Position numbers and translations under genes: made by a program. Positions 25,831 to 39,258 of a stretch of 64,000 nt of DNA are shown in pieces (within the stretch, counting starts at the first letter, position 1; the number at the start of each line of letters is the position of its first letter). A model generated the notes under the pieces. It was not told the DNA's origin and ran no database searches. It saw only the letters and a program-made list of their open reading frames with translations. This DNA comes from Callorhinchus milii (taxonomy: Eukaryota): contig NW_024704742.1 of NCBI RefSeq assembly GCF_018977255.1, forward strand, positions 88,166,001 through 88,230,000, read 5' to 3'.

Positions 25831-26396
25831 AGTTTGATACAGCACTTTCATACGAGGAGGGGTGTGTGTGAGAGATAAGTAATGGAGTGAATTGGGAGAA
25901 ACGTGGTAACAATATTAAAGTGGAAAAGTACTTTCAATAATGATTCAGTACTGACAGTTTGTCTTATATTTGTACTGTAAAACAAATGACTTATTGCGGA
26001 GATATCTTTAACTTTATATGCATACATTTAAATACAGTCAACACCGCTTTACAGTATATCTTGCGAAGCTCTTTGAGCTGTCTCGACAGTGTGATAAGGT
26101 GCTATATCAAATGTGAGGACTATTATTATAATATCATTTTCTTGTTTTACTAACATCGCAGCTGTGCTTAGACTGCCAAACAAAATACTACTTTATCCCA
26201 ATTGGGGGCAGCATGATTGATTGAGGTGCTATAATAATAATAATTATAATCCTTGCATTTGATACAGCACCTTTCATGTGAGGCTGGACGTCTCAAAGTG
26301 CTTCACAGGATATTGTGTGTTTCATAGGTGAACGCCCAGGTCTGTCTAAAGCTAAGTCCTAAATATCTGTAATTAACTGCTTTGCTCACTGCAATA

Positions 26397-26745
26397 TTAA
26401 TAATCCTTGCATTTAATATAGCTCCTTATAACATCTATGAGACCTCTCAAAGCACTTCGCAGAATAAGCTGTAAAGTGTATATTTTGTGGCTGAAATTGG
26501 CAGCCAATTGCGCACAGCAGTGTCCCACAAATAGTTGTGGATTGAGTGACCAATTTTTTTTGAAGGAATTATTACCCCCGGAAAAATGATCCGCCAATCA
26601 ATTAACAACTGGGTTCCCACTTACAGCTTGGTAAACAGCGGCGTATGGCATAAGGAAACTTGCCCAACATTCTGCCCTGCCGGGAATCAAACCCAGGTCT
26701 CTCGCTTGCGAGGAGAGTTCTCTAACCACTGAGCTACAGGACTCC
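26397..26745 (-). mobile_element. tRNA-derived SINE, long subfamily
   Basis: Full-length reverse-complement match to 15289-15670. Confidence 0.88.
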
Positions 26746-27195
26746 TAACATTGATCAGATTAGCTGCCAGATTCCTCACTAAGTGGCCTCCCTTTATCTC
26801 AATAGTGTTCATTAACCTGATTTCGGGTAACACAGCAGCTAAATGGTAAATCACACCTTGGACCAAAATAATTGAATTCTTTTAAAATAAAAAAGATATT
26901 TTTTAATCAGTTTCATCCATTTTTAAAAGTTTTATTTTTGGGGGTATCTCCCACAGGGGGGATTTTTTGTCCCCCACACAAAAAAAAATGTTCATTCCAG
27001 GTGCTGAAATTTTATGACAGTTATTTCACAGCATTGCAATCTACATTTCTAATCAAATCCAGCCCTGTAACTTTGGCTATAAATGAAAAGAAAGCCTCAT
27101 TAGAAAAGACCTTGGAGCAATTTTTCTGTTTCTGATTATGAAGAAAAAAAGTGCAAATACTCAGTAATAATAGTAAAAGCAAGTAGAGAAAATGC

Positions 27196-27201
27196 TTTAT
27201 T
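27196..27201 (-). promoter_or_regulatory. Candidate polyadenylation signal AATAAA
   Basis: tttatt on + strand, followed on - strand by a U-rich tract (gcattttctctacttgcttttac...tttgcactttttttc). Alternative hexamers at 27737-27742, 27752-27757 and 32239-32244. Confidence 0.55.
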
Positions 27202-28259
27202 TTTCAACACGTCCTTCACAGATGCATTTCAGTTGTCTTAAGTGCTGACAGATTTCCAGTTTCATTCTTGTACCCTTTTCCGGGAAACAGTTCTGAGTTT
27301 CCAAATTTGTGTACATTTGTGTTGTGCGGGTGTGTGTGTTGTGTGTGGATGTGACAGAAGCAGTGAACAATAATAGGAAAAGGCTTCTATAAAAAGAGCA
27401 AAACAATAATTTATCAAGTAAAGTTGTGCTAAATCACAAGAGTACATTATACACGCTAATGAAGATGTAGCTATCAAACTATACTATTGAGAATTCAAGC
27501 TCTAGCCACACAATTTACAGGATGCCATAGGTGGTAGTGGTTGGAACAAAAAAATCAGCCAAATATACAATTACATTTGTTGTTAAAAATCTACATGTAA
27601 AGATGTATGAATTATGTACAAGTCTCTTATAAAACCATGCAAAACATTATCCACTTCCACATCATTTCCTATTCAAAAGTGCTTCCATGAACTACATTAT
27701 GCAGAAAGCTTCTAAAGCCTGTACAATAGTATTACTTTTATTTAAGGGCAATTTATTTTAACATACATAATTAATGTGGATTCCTTTTTTCAAGCTATCA
27801 GTTGTGTCAATGGTGACTGTAGCGATGGGCATTTGATGTCAGTCATGGCCATTTATTGCCAGTAATGACCATGCCAGTTGTGCCATTGATCTTTGTTCAT
27901 TTAACATGGGAGGAGGAGGGGGTGGACTACCGTTTAAGAAATGATCAGGAGACATACTTGGTTGCAAGTAACGATCAAAATTGGAAGGGGTGATAAAGAA
28001 ACATCTGAACCAAACTGGACTGCAACACATGAGGCTACAGGAGACCTTCACTCAGTCTGAGGAGAAGCACTTGCCTTTATGTGATTACATGTGCCGCACG
28101 TGGGAAGGTGTAGCTGTGGAAGGATGTAGTGTATTTTCCCATTCAGGATGGAGCAACTGCTCTGTTAGATAACACCATTGTCACAATGGGTGTGAGAGGC
28201 AACGGAAAAGACAGATAGCTCACGTTAGCACACTTGTGCTGAGTACTTAAGTTAAACGA

Positions 28260-28570
28260 CAGCAACAACAACAAATTATACTTGTATAATGCCCTTCATG
28301 TCGGAGAGATGTCCCAGGGCACTGGACAATCAGGGTTTTTTGGACCTGAGCTGGGAGTTAGGGTCAGGAGGTGTGGAGGGCAGAGTGGGTGGGAGGGTGG
28401 CTGAAGGCATGGTCGAAGAGGAAGGTCTTAGACGGGTCTTGAAAGAGGCAAGACAGGTGGTGAGGTGGAGGGATTGTGGGATAGAGTTCCAGAGTGTGGG
28501 GCCAGAGATGCCGAATGCCAGACCGCCAATGGTGGGGTGGAAAGTGTGGGGAACCTGAAGCAGGCTGGTG
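28260..28570 (-). mobile_element. L2 3' fragment within the putative GLIS3 3' UTR
   Basis: caacaacaac tail, cccttcatgtcggagagatgtcccagggcactggaca and gagttccagag motifs shared with other L2 ends. Confidence 0.8.
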
Positions 28571-30434
28571 TCTGCTGAGTGGAGGGAGTGGGAATGATAG
28601 TAGTAGGTTCAATCTTCTCTCTGCTGAGTTCCCCATCTGAGCTGTACTCTGCCAGGAGGTTGCTGAGGGGAGATCGTAACCTCTCCCTGCGGAGAGTGGG
28701 GAAAGTGACCATTGGAAGGGCAAATCAGACCTCGTCAGTGCCTAGTGCCGGTGGCTGTCAGCACCAGGGATGGGAAGGGTCGGGCAGACGTATCACAGGA
28801 TAACTCACAATGAAAAAGAATTGCATAAAAATAAAATGAACATCTTGACAACCCCAATTTGTAATTTTAAACCAAAGTAATCACTTGTTAATGCACGATG
28901 AACTGAATATTGTGCACAAACTGAAATCTAAAGAATGTTTTGCTGTGCTCCTCGTAAACTGAGATCAGCTCAAGCAGTTTAAAATGTCTTCAGTCTCCTC
29001 ATGCCCCCTAACGGATACTCAACTCTATTTCACACATGGGTGATACTTAGATTGTGGCAACGACATTTATCCACGCACCCGATACCCAGCGACAATGGCA
29101 CGACTGGCATTTGTTACTTGGTTTCAACAGCGTTGATCAGGTTTGGCCTCAATTACCTTCAGCCCATCTGAACTCAAATGAATGCATCAGCTTGTTGAAG
29201 TCAACATTACCACCAATTCAGTGATGCTTTATTTAGCGGAGCCAACGGCCTGTAGTTGAGACCCCAAAGGCTCATCACCACCACATGATTTACTTGCCAC
29301 TTCCAGGTCTCCTCACTACCCCTGGTAAAATCACCACTACAACTTCCCTCACCCATCTCCCTTGAGATGATACTATGACATTCTGCTGTGCAATATTATG
29401 AACCATTGATGGGATCGATGGAACCTTGGGAAACAGAAATATAAAAGGATATTGCAAAAAGACAAAGTATGATTAAGGGGAGAGAAGTGACAGTAACAGG
29501 GCTATGGAATTGTCTGTGGCGGAACAGCTTTGTTGACCTGAATGGCTTTTTCCCATTGTGACTAAGTTCCTAAAGTATGTGGGACAGGTTTCTCTAATGG
29601 CTTGGTCGGTAAAGGCACCATAAGTCATACAAAGAAGAATTTGCAGGTTCAATCTCAGTCTGTTTGACTTTACCTCAGACAGGGCAGCAGTTGGTTGCTC
29701 CCTGGGCTAAGGAAGGGAAATATTATTTTGGGTTCCCTCTCGCATCACTATCCAGTGACCCCTGCTGGAAAACATGTGAGCATGGCTGTTTGGTGAGGAC
29801 AGCATAGAAATACCCTGATACAAGACAACATAAGTTCACAAAGGGAATTAGAGTAAATTAGGTCCTTTAGTATACTTGATCTCATCTTTCCAGAACACCA
29901 ATACTTTTCCAATACAGCATCAAGCTGTTTGTTAAACGAATCTGTGGTCCTGGTCTCAACCATATTTCCTGGTAACCTGTCCCAGCTATTAAACGTCTTC
30001 TGTGCAAATAAATACTGGTGTCTGTCCTAAAAATTGCCCTCCCAACACTGATCATGTGCCCTCTTGTCCTGCTGCCTCAGTGTATCTGAAGGTATTGTTC
30101 GATGAGGAACGTTTGATAAATGTACAGAGGTCTCCCAACGTGAAATGCTGTAGCCCTTTAAGGTTGTGTAAATTTGATTAAAAATAATTCCAAAACATTT
30201 ATAGAGACAGCTCAGTCAGGTGTCTCAAAAGGTAATACAACAACATTGTTCTACACATTGCCAAGCTGTAGTTTGGTTCCTGATAAACAGTGGGCATTGT
30301 CAACGAAGTAGAAAACTCAGTTTGCTGCACAAGCTAAGGGTGTGGAAAGCCTGGTTTTAACAAAGAACTATTTCTGAATGGAAGTTTAATTTCTCTCAAT
30401 TGGAGATAGGAGGACACAAATTGCAGGTTCAATC

Positions 30435-30752
30435 TCAGTTTGTTTCCACTGGCAGGTGGGTCGGTAACCATAGAACACAGATTTAAAATAATTGGGAAAA
30501 GGACCAGAGAGGGGAAAAAAAAAATTTTACCCAGAAATTTGTTACAATGGATTGCCTGAAAGGGTGGTTGAAGCAGATTCAATAGTAGCTTTCAAAAGGG
30601 AATTGGATAGGTACTTGAAAAGGAAAAAAAAATCAGGGCTCTGGGGTAAGAACAGGGGAGTGGGACTGATTGGGTAGCTCTTCCAAACAGCCGGCACAGG
30701 CACGATGGGCTGAATGGCCTCCTTCTGTGCTGTAATATTCTATGATTCTATG
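30435..30752 (+). mobile_element. CR1 3' end within the putative GLIS3 3' UTR (antisense to the gene)
   Basis: LPERVVEADSIVAFKRELDRYL, then gggctgaatggcctccttctgtgctg and an (attctatg)n tail. Confidence 0.88.
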
Positions 30753-32503
30753 ACAAATGGGGATTTGAATCTGAAAGAGAAATATAGGGTAACGTTTTTT
30801 TTGAGATGACAGCTCTGATCATGGGTCACCTCCCAAAAGGTACCTCTCTTTCAGATGCTGCGGGGCATTTCCTTGTTCAATTTGTGTTTTGTTGCAGGTT
30901 TCTGGCAATGACGTTTTTTTTTGTCAACTCTGATGATGAGTCCCAGTGCACTGGTACACAAGGCTGCTTTTGCTCTCTGGACAACCATGTTCTGTGCACA
31001 TCGTGATCGCCGGATTGATGTTCCACACTAATTGATGAATGGTGGCTTATGAGGAATGCGTAACATCTCACTCTTTAATTTGTCTTAAAATGTTAATCAC
31101 TGAACAATGTCGCCCCATTTAAAAATAAATAAGAGAAAGGAAGGTGAAATTCTGGGGTTTGTACCAGATAAATAAAGATCTCTATAAGCTATGGTCAGTA
31201 ATGTCTTTTTAAGTCTGTGTCCATTTACTGTGAATATGTCAGGACGATGAAAGAAATCAAGCTTTACTTGCATTATAGCTTCCTAAGGGTTGAGTAAAGT
31301 ATACAACATAAGATCATATATGACTGGGAGTCTCAGGATTTTCCCTAACAATAAAAGAGGCCTTTAAATTATATTTAATTTTGAACCGAGAGAAAGACGT
31401 TATGTGTCCATTGTAAAAAAAATGCTACCTTGAGTTGTCATTTTAATGCCAAAAGTAAGGGAAAAGAACTTTGACCCATAGCCTTGTTTTTTCTCTGTTT
31501 CACTGTAACGGAGAACTGAAGAGTCTGAAATGTAAAGATGTAAATGCACGTTCCAGTGATTTAAAAGGACTCTACTTACTGCACTGCGTGGGAACAAATC
31601 AATTTTATGTTGGTGTCATTTTATCATGAAGCATATAAAGGAGTGTGAGTACCTTACCAGTTTTCTACCCAATAAAGTAAAATAATGCAACAACAAAATC
31701 AAAGCAAAGTACAAAACAAAACAAGAGATCTGTTCTGGAGACGGCTCTCCTCCCCGCCCTCCTCCCCGCGCATTACTTACTACCTGTGTTTCAGTAACTT
31801 GATGAAACTTACTGCAGTGGCTTCAAGATTAAGCTAGTGGTGGCTTCACCAGTAGGTGGAGCCCTCATCCATTTCCCGTGCTCTCCATCAGAAGGAATGA
31901 GGGTGAGTGACATGACGGGAGGTACAATGGACAGAGCTTTCCAGAGTATACCACATGCAATTGACCTCAGCTTTTGGGAGCACTATAGCACCATTCTGCA
32001 AGACAAACCGTGGTGGTTATGAATTGTCAGGTTGTTAAACAAATGTTTAGCCCTTTGAGCAACGAAACATCAGCAGATGAGTTAATGAGAAAAGAAGCAA
32101 GGATTTCTGTAAAGCAAAAATATGATTCTTCACGTAGATCCACAAATTCCCTTTTGTTTGCAAATTCCAGAGTTCTGTTCTGGGGCCATGGGTTCCTCTG
32201 GCTTATCGCCTTCTGTGTTCACATCAGCATTAGTGTTTTTTATTCCTTTTTTTGTTTCTTGTATGTAACGAGTCTCCAAACTGTTACCATTCTCCTCTCT
32301 TAGGTGTTGGCTTATGTGCAAAGAGAAACAGACTGTGAGTGAACATTAGCTCCAACTCTCAATCGTGAGAGAGGTAGAATGGACATTAAAGACCATAGAA
32401 ACCTCAGTCAGTATCAAAAAGTTCTCTTTTGTAAAAAAAGTTTCAAAATAAACAGAAGAAGAGCAACGCGGGTTGTAATCCCTCGTAGTTCCTTTCTCAA
32501 ATC

Positions 32504-32640
32504 TCAACCCTCTGTGTAAATGGAAGACATCTGACTAGGGCAACGATCAACTGCGTTAATCTGGAGGAAACCACTGTCTTCAGGACAATTCCGCACCGAG
32601 TCGCCAAAAATCCCAGGGGTAGTTGATTGAAAGTCATAAG
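32504..32640 (-). CDS. GLIS3: GLIS3 last coding exon (to TGA stop)
   Basis: Translates (A)YDFQSTTPGIFGDSVRNCPEDSGFLQINAVDRCPSQMSSIYTEG*, matching the GLIS3 C-terminus VDRCPSQLSSVYTEG. Acceptor tttgcag|CT completes the phase-1 codon. 137 nt. Confidence 0.95.
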
Positions 32641-35600
32641 CTGCAAATTGTTTTTTGTAGAAAAAGGATAATTTTAGAACATGAACATAACACAAGGAGA
32701 GACTTGCTGCATACTCCAGATGTTTTTCACTGGTAGTCGTGCTACTACATCAAACAATCACTTCAAAACATCAAAGTGTCCAAAATACAAAGTACATTTT
32801 TCAAAGATGCTTGGACTTGGTATGGCGGTTTTCATGTCCAGATGACATCTCAAGGCACGTTACTGTAAAGTGCAGTGACTGTGCATTTTGTAAGCAAGTG
32901 TGGCAGCCAATTTGCACACTGCAATATCCCACACGCAGCTCTGAAGTGAATGACCAATTTTTTCATCTGGGGGATTATTCGCCAGCACACCGGGAGAAAC
33001 TCTCTTTTGTTTCTTAATATTTCGCCTTTCATGCCCCAAAATGCTTCACAGGATATGCTACAGAGAGTTGCGACTGTGTGTTTTGTGGGCGAAAGCGGCA
33101 GCCAAGCTGTACACAGCAGTGTCCCACAAATAACCATAAAATGAATGACCAATTTATTGGGGGATTGTTGGCCAGCGCACTGGGAGAAACTCCCTTCTCT
33201 TTTTGAGAAGTGCCAAGGGACGTCTTAGCATCCACTTGAACAAACAGATGGGAATTCGGTTTAACATTTCATCCGAAGGACAGATATCTTTGCACATGGT
33301 AAATAATTCCTGTGATGAATATTACAGAGTGGGAACCCTGAAAAGGATCTGGGCTCTGAACCAAGGGTGTTCATCTGAAGTTAGGGCCGAGCTATAATTA
33401 ATTGTTAGTGTCTTATGTGGGCTTGCTTCAATACTGACACAGTGTCTCCAAAGTGGTGAAGCTTTCTGATCTCAGCACTAACCATCCCCCTACTCTAATG
33501 ATCATTGTCAAACATTGAAAAAGAATCAACCTCTTGGGCAGGCAGACACACAATGACCAGTGGAATGAAGTCTCACAAAACATATAAGGCATGGAATTCC
33601 ACCTCGCTTCAGCTTGAGAGATCATTTTGTTTTAAAATGTAAGATTTGATGTTAAAATTTATGATGGAGCAGAATTGTGGAAAAAAATCACAAATTCAGG
33701 CTTAATTTGGAAGGTGGTTTATTGTTAAGAACTGCGGAAAATCTGATTTACAAATTCACACTGAATTTTGGGATCTTCCATAGTTCTGCGCCATCTTAAG
33801 GCACAATGGTTCCCCAGGCTGAAACGGGGTGGAATTTCAGGCCTGACCTCTGCTGCCATCTATTTGCATATTCAGATGGTTTATATATGAAATTGTCTGG
33901 TAGCAGATTGTGCCTGCTTGTAAAAACTTGAACCATCAAATGATTTCCTGCACGTTTGCTGCTCAAAATACAAAAATCCTCCAGGATATTGTTATAGTGT
34001 TCCCACAGCGCCTTATAAAATACTGAGCTTTTTTTGTAACCCACCTCAAAAGGATTATATAAAATAATGATTTTTTCTTTTTTTTTAAACAGACATTTAT
34101 TCTGTTTACTGGGACCCTGTAGCAAGGTGTATAATGTATGCTTCGTTTCTCCTAGGAGTCAGGGCATACAGTCCATATTGGTTAGTAAATATTCCGAATT
34201 ACTGCATGTTCTCGTTCATCTTTTTACACTTCCTTTTATAATTTGCCTTAAAAAAGTTTTAAACTTACTTTCGAAAAGTCTTCGCACTACCCTTATCTCC
34301 AGCTAGGCATACACGTCCAACACACTCCCAACCCTCCCTCCATTGCTCTGTCCTCTCTCCCCTCTATCTATCTTTAAATCCTATCTAACCTCTTTGATTG
34401 TGGCTACCATCACCTTCCCCTTCTCTCTTGTTTGGCCTCCGACCCCGTCTCTCTGAAGAGCTCTGAGATTCTAAGTTATTGATTGTTTCAACTTTTTGTG
34501 CAAGATGTGGTTTGAATGCCGCCCGCACAGTATGGGTACTTTCCTAGCCAGGGCCATGTATTCAGAGACTGGCTCCTCATATAATAATAATCTTTGCATT
34601 TTATATAGTGCCTTATCATATCTTCAAGACGTCTCAAAGCGCTACACAGAATATACTGTATATGCTATATAATAATAACAATTATAATCCTTACATTTGA
34701 TATAGCGCCTATATAGGGGGAAAGGGCAGGAAGGACAATGAAGTACCTTGTGCTGCTCCTGCAAGCAAACTCAAAAGCTGATAATTTACTGATCTCTTTG
34801 GTTCTGGACTGATCCATGGTGTGGTTAAAAGGAGCAAAAAAAAAATGAAGACCGTCTTAAGGAATTTCATGTAGAGGGTGAGAAGGTTTAGGGACGGGTG
34901 TCGCGGGAGGTGACCAAAGTTATGGTTGAATGGTTAAGTATTTCGAAGGGTTTTGAAAACAAAAAGGGACAAATCTTTTACATTTCCTTTTTTGAATTTG
35001 CCTTGTGCTTAGAATAAGGAGAAATAAAAAAAAGCAATGTTCCCAATTCCCTTGTCATTCACTCTTATTAAATAGCACTTTTTTGTTTGTCATTTATTTC
35101 ATTTACTTTCCCTTCTCCCTCTTTAAGTTTTCCCATAATATCCGTCCCCAAAGCAGTGGACTCCACCAATGCAACATTACAATCAAGAACAACCACAACT
35201 TGCATTTATATAGCTTCCCTCGCACAGGGCAGAGCCTCGGAATGCTGAAATCACCCACTAGGAGTGATCGAGAGCAGCACAGGAGTGACTTGGAGATAAC
35301 CTTCGTTCCAATGGCCAAAAGCTTGGTGTTTGCTCAGTGGCTGCCCATGACTCAAGTGGGGAATGCAGAATGCTTCTGCCCTCTGACACCACACTGTGTG
35401 ATATCAGCATTCCCAGGCTGAACGCCATGAACAATGACGTTTCAATCCACAGTTGTCTCCAAGCGTGAACAAGCCTGATTCGTACCAATTGCATTGTCAG
35501 TCACCTTTGGCAAGGTAACAAGTTGTTACAAAAAGATGCCATACACATTGAATCAAGTACGATTGGCTGGGCATGTGTTTTGCGGCTGTAACACAATTGA

Positions 35601-36439
35601 AAGGATATGATAATATGAGAGTGTATGAGAATTTTGCCACGGGAGGTTGTGCAAACGGTCAGAACTCTAACATTCTGTTACAGTTTAAAACACTTCCAGA
35701 CATGTCATTTTATATAATATATACAATTTTCCACTGCTGAGTTGTGCCGTATGGTTCCTATCATTAAAAGCAGAGGGTTCTCCTTGTCATGACAACCGAG
35801 GAAATTTCATCTTTGGCTTTTTTTCTCTCGAGTTTTAAGGTGCCTGTGGCATCATTGCATGGCATGCCTGAGCCTAGAGACTTTGGGGGAGCAAGTGCCA
35901 CACTGAGTTGCCAACAGGTGCGCTGCCTTATGTGGGGCTTCTCCCTGTGTGCTGGTCAACAATCCTCCTCATAAAATTAACCATTCACTTCACGGCTGTT
36001 TGTGGGGCATTGCCGCGCGAAAATTGGCTGTCGCGTTCATCTAGGAGTACGTAGACACTACAAGTTACAGAAAACTCTGTGATGTGCTTTGAGACGTTTC
36101 AACTAAATCAAACGCAAGGATTATTATAATATGGGGTAACTTCCTGGCCTGTACCTAGCACCTTCTTCTGATGTCCTGTCAATAATGTTACAGGCAAGAA
36201 CCCATACCCTTCACAGTACCAGTAACCAACATGTGTACAACAGTGCACTGATGTGGTGTAGGGAGAATATCCAAGAGATCGGTCTTAAAGGGAACTAACT
36301 GTCTAGTTTCATGTGCGGAGGAGTAATCAATTGGTCAAGGTAGCAAGTGAGCACATAGGGAAGCAATCTCCTGTGAATACAGACCTGAGACAACGTAGTC
36401 TGGAGAAAAGGGGAAAAATGGAGCAGCCCTATTTCAGGA

Positions 36440-36803
36440 CTTTAAACTCAGTCTAACCTGACCCTTCACTGCAATGTTGGCGGAACACTGCATTGTCGGA
36501 GGTGGTGTCCTTCAAATGGGATGTTAAATTAAGGTCCTCTCTTCTTGTTCAGGTGGACGTTAAAGATTTCATGGCACTATTTGGAATGAGAGGGAAGTTT
36601 CTCCCGGTGTTCTGGCCAACAATCCCTCAGATAAAATTAGTCACTCACTTCATGGCTGTTTCTGCGACATTGCTGTGTGCAAATTGGCTGCCATGTTCGC
36701 CTACTAATACACATTGAATGCACTTTACAGTATATCCTGTGAAGTGCTTTGAGACGTCTTGTCGATGTATTAAGGTGCTGTATCAAACTGCAAGGATTAT
36801 TAT
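36440..36803 (+). mobile_element. DeuSINE-like element (SacSINE1/AmnSINE1-type central domain)
   Basis: gttaaagatttcatggcactattt...ccggtgttctggccaa...ttgctgtgtgcaaattggctgcc matches the recalled Deu domain (TAAAGATCCCATGGCACT...GGTGTCCTGGCCAA), followed by an L2-like tail. Confidence 0.75.
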
Positions 36804-38277
36804 AGATTTTTTTTTAAAAAGTGGAAGAAGCTAGGAGTGTGTTACAGCCTTACGTACTACATGCTTACTTGATCTTAAATTTGGTGTATTTAATATTTGT
36901 TTAATTGAAAGAAAGTTACTCTACGTGGCAGGGTTTTGTTTGAAACTAAATTCAAAGTGGTACCTTTTTCTACGAAATGAAGTTACCTTTTCCCCTGCTC
37001 TTTTGTTAATTAAACAAAATGTGTATCTGATGCTAGTTATTTGATGATAACTAAATGCTATAAAGTACTGCTGGCTTATGATCAGCACCAAGTCTCAAAT
37101 CCTGTCATGCTACGGTTGAATCCTGATAAATATGTAACTATTTGCCAATAAATATTCTGCTTGAATCAGCATTATGTTTTGGATCAAGATTTTCTTTAAA
37201 ATTCATGCACAAAATATCCAGTTGGCAAATCTTTTTACCGTAGCTGATTTAATTATATATTCATCAAATTCAACTCAAACTCCCAGGGAAGCCATGACAA
37301 TGCTGCAATTTGCACAGAATAGATTAAATTTTTTAAATGGTTTGGTGGTTTCAGATGAAGTATTGGTACTGAACATGAAAGAGTGGACGCTGTAAAACAC
37401 ATTCAGTCTGTTGCCTGCAATTTTTTTGCAGGGGGGTGCGGGTGGTGCACTGCAGTATCAGAAGTACTATCCTTTGCATTAGGTGCTAAACTGAGATCCC
37501 ATCTATCTGTTCAGATGGATGTTAAAGATGCCATGGCACTACTCGATAAGAGAAAGGAGTTTCTCCCATTGTCAACAATTCCCCCAAATAAAATTGTTAA
37601 CTCCACTCCATAGCTGTTTGTGGGAGATTGCTGTATGCAAATTAGCAGCTGTGTTCTCTTACAAAATACACAGTCACTACACTTTACAGTATATCCTGTA
37701 AAGCACTTTGGGCCGTCTCTCCGATGTGGAAAGCGCTCTGTAAGGATTATTATTATTTAAAGTTTAAAGATGTGCAGACATAGGAAAGACCGGCAACAAA
37801 AAGATAAAATGGGAAACTTTTTTTCAAATTAAGAAAAAGTTAAATGAAAGAAGCCAGAAGTGTGTTATAGACCTCAATAACCTTTATTAATTTGCACCAA
37901 TGAAAATCATTAAAAGGCTAAAGACTGTTGAACAGCTTGAGTTTATATATTACCATTTTATGATGTGCTGAGAATCACCACTTGCTTATGTTACAGTCTT
38001 GTAGCACACTCCTAACCACCTTGTGTTCTCCCGCTAATGGGTTTGCCAGATTGGCTTTTCTGTCTGCTTTTTGTTAAGCTAAAACTACTGAGTACCATTG
38101 ACATAACAGCCTATTTTTTTGCAACTGTTGAAATATACTTTGATGATTTGCCCTCCCCTCCTCAGACTCTTTCCCTCTCCTCATCCCCCGATCAAGAAGG
38201 CAGGCAGGCAGGCAGGGAAAGAGCGAGAGCATCTCACTTGCGTTTGAGTAAGAATGAACACAGCAGCAGATCTTTAC

Positions 38278-38460
38278 CTGGAAAACTGGGATGAGCAGAC
38301 AATGCCCTGTGGAAAGCATCGAATCCAGCTTGTCCCACAGTTGTGGGACATAAACAGTCCTCAAACGGAGGCATCATATTACGAGGGCTAGCTTGGCGCA
38401 TACTTCGAGACGACTCACTGTAGTGGGGCGGGTAGAAAGTCTGCAACTGGCCATAATAAC
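38278..38460 (-). CDS. GLIS3: GLIS3 penultimate coding exon
   Basis: Translates (G)YYGQLQTFYPPHYSESSRSMRQASPRNMMPPFEDCLCPTTVGQAGFDAFHRALSAHPSFP, versus recalled GLIS3 GFYGQLQKFCPPHY...PSFEDCLVPTSMGQASFDVFHRAFS. Acceptor ttcccttggcag|, donor CCAG|gtaaag. 183 nt, phase 1-1, in frame with both neighbours. Confidence 0.95.
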
Positions 38461-38882
38461 CTGCCAAGGGAAGTCAAAAAATACAGTAGTTAGATGGTAA
38501 AATGTTAATACTATCTTAAATGTCGATTGTACTCTTTTATTAGTGAGGTCTATTCTGGCAATAAGTGCCAATATTTGAATGAACCAGCCAGCAAACCAAA
38601 CCACAAGGATTGAATGCTGCGTTGCTCCTTGGATCACAAGGTGATCCCAAGGGATTCAGTGTCACTACCATTAAAAACGGATGACAAAAAAATAGAATCC
38701 TTGCAGTTAAAAGTTTGGGTCCAAATTTAAGGCGAAATTAAGAATTTACCAAACGGTACATTTATGCACTAAGACTAGGTGGCATTTCAGACTTGTTAGA
38801 TACATTCAAGTAAAATGTGGTCTAACTGAGCCAAATTACCAAGTCTTTTTCCTGCAATCTAGTCTGCAATATTAACAGTACT

Positions 38883-39258
38883 AATAATCCTTGCATTTGA
38901 TATAGCGCCTTATCACGTTGTTGAGACATCTGAAAGTGCTTCGCAGAATATATTGTAAAGTGAATAAATGACTGTGCATTTTGTGGGTGGAATGCGGTAG
39001 CCAATTGCACACAGCAGTGTCCCACAAACACTCGTGGATTGAGTGACCACATTTAAAAACATTTTTTTTGTAGGGATTATTACCCCCAGAAAATGATCCG
39101 CCAATCGACTGATAACCAAATTCCTCCTTACTGCTAGGTAAACAGAGGTGGTGGAGTGAGGAAGCTTGCCTAAGGTTTTGCCCCGCCTGGGAATCGAATC
39201 CGGGTCTTTTAGTATGCGAGGCGAAAGAGTGCACTAACCATTACATGACAGCACTCCA
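38883..39258 (-). mobile_element. tRNA-derived SINE, long subfamily
   Basis: Full-length reverse-complement match to 15289-15670. Confidence 0.88.

Larger units (their letters stand above)
27175..32503 (-). other. GLIS3: Probable long 3' UTR of GLIS3
   Basis: Lies downstream of the stop. The distal ~600 nt (27175-27800) is repeat-free and U-rich on the minus strand, with AATAAA hexamers. The extent is inferred and has no transcript evidence. Confidence 0.55.

Noticed and set aside
32504..32640. Alternative assignment to GLIS1
   Set aside because: The terminal VDRCPSQMSSIYTEG and upstream FEDCL/FHRA and SAPSPHHISPRR motifs fit GLIS3. Recalled GLIS1 ends differently (..IPSIYTDT).
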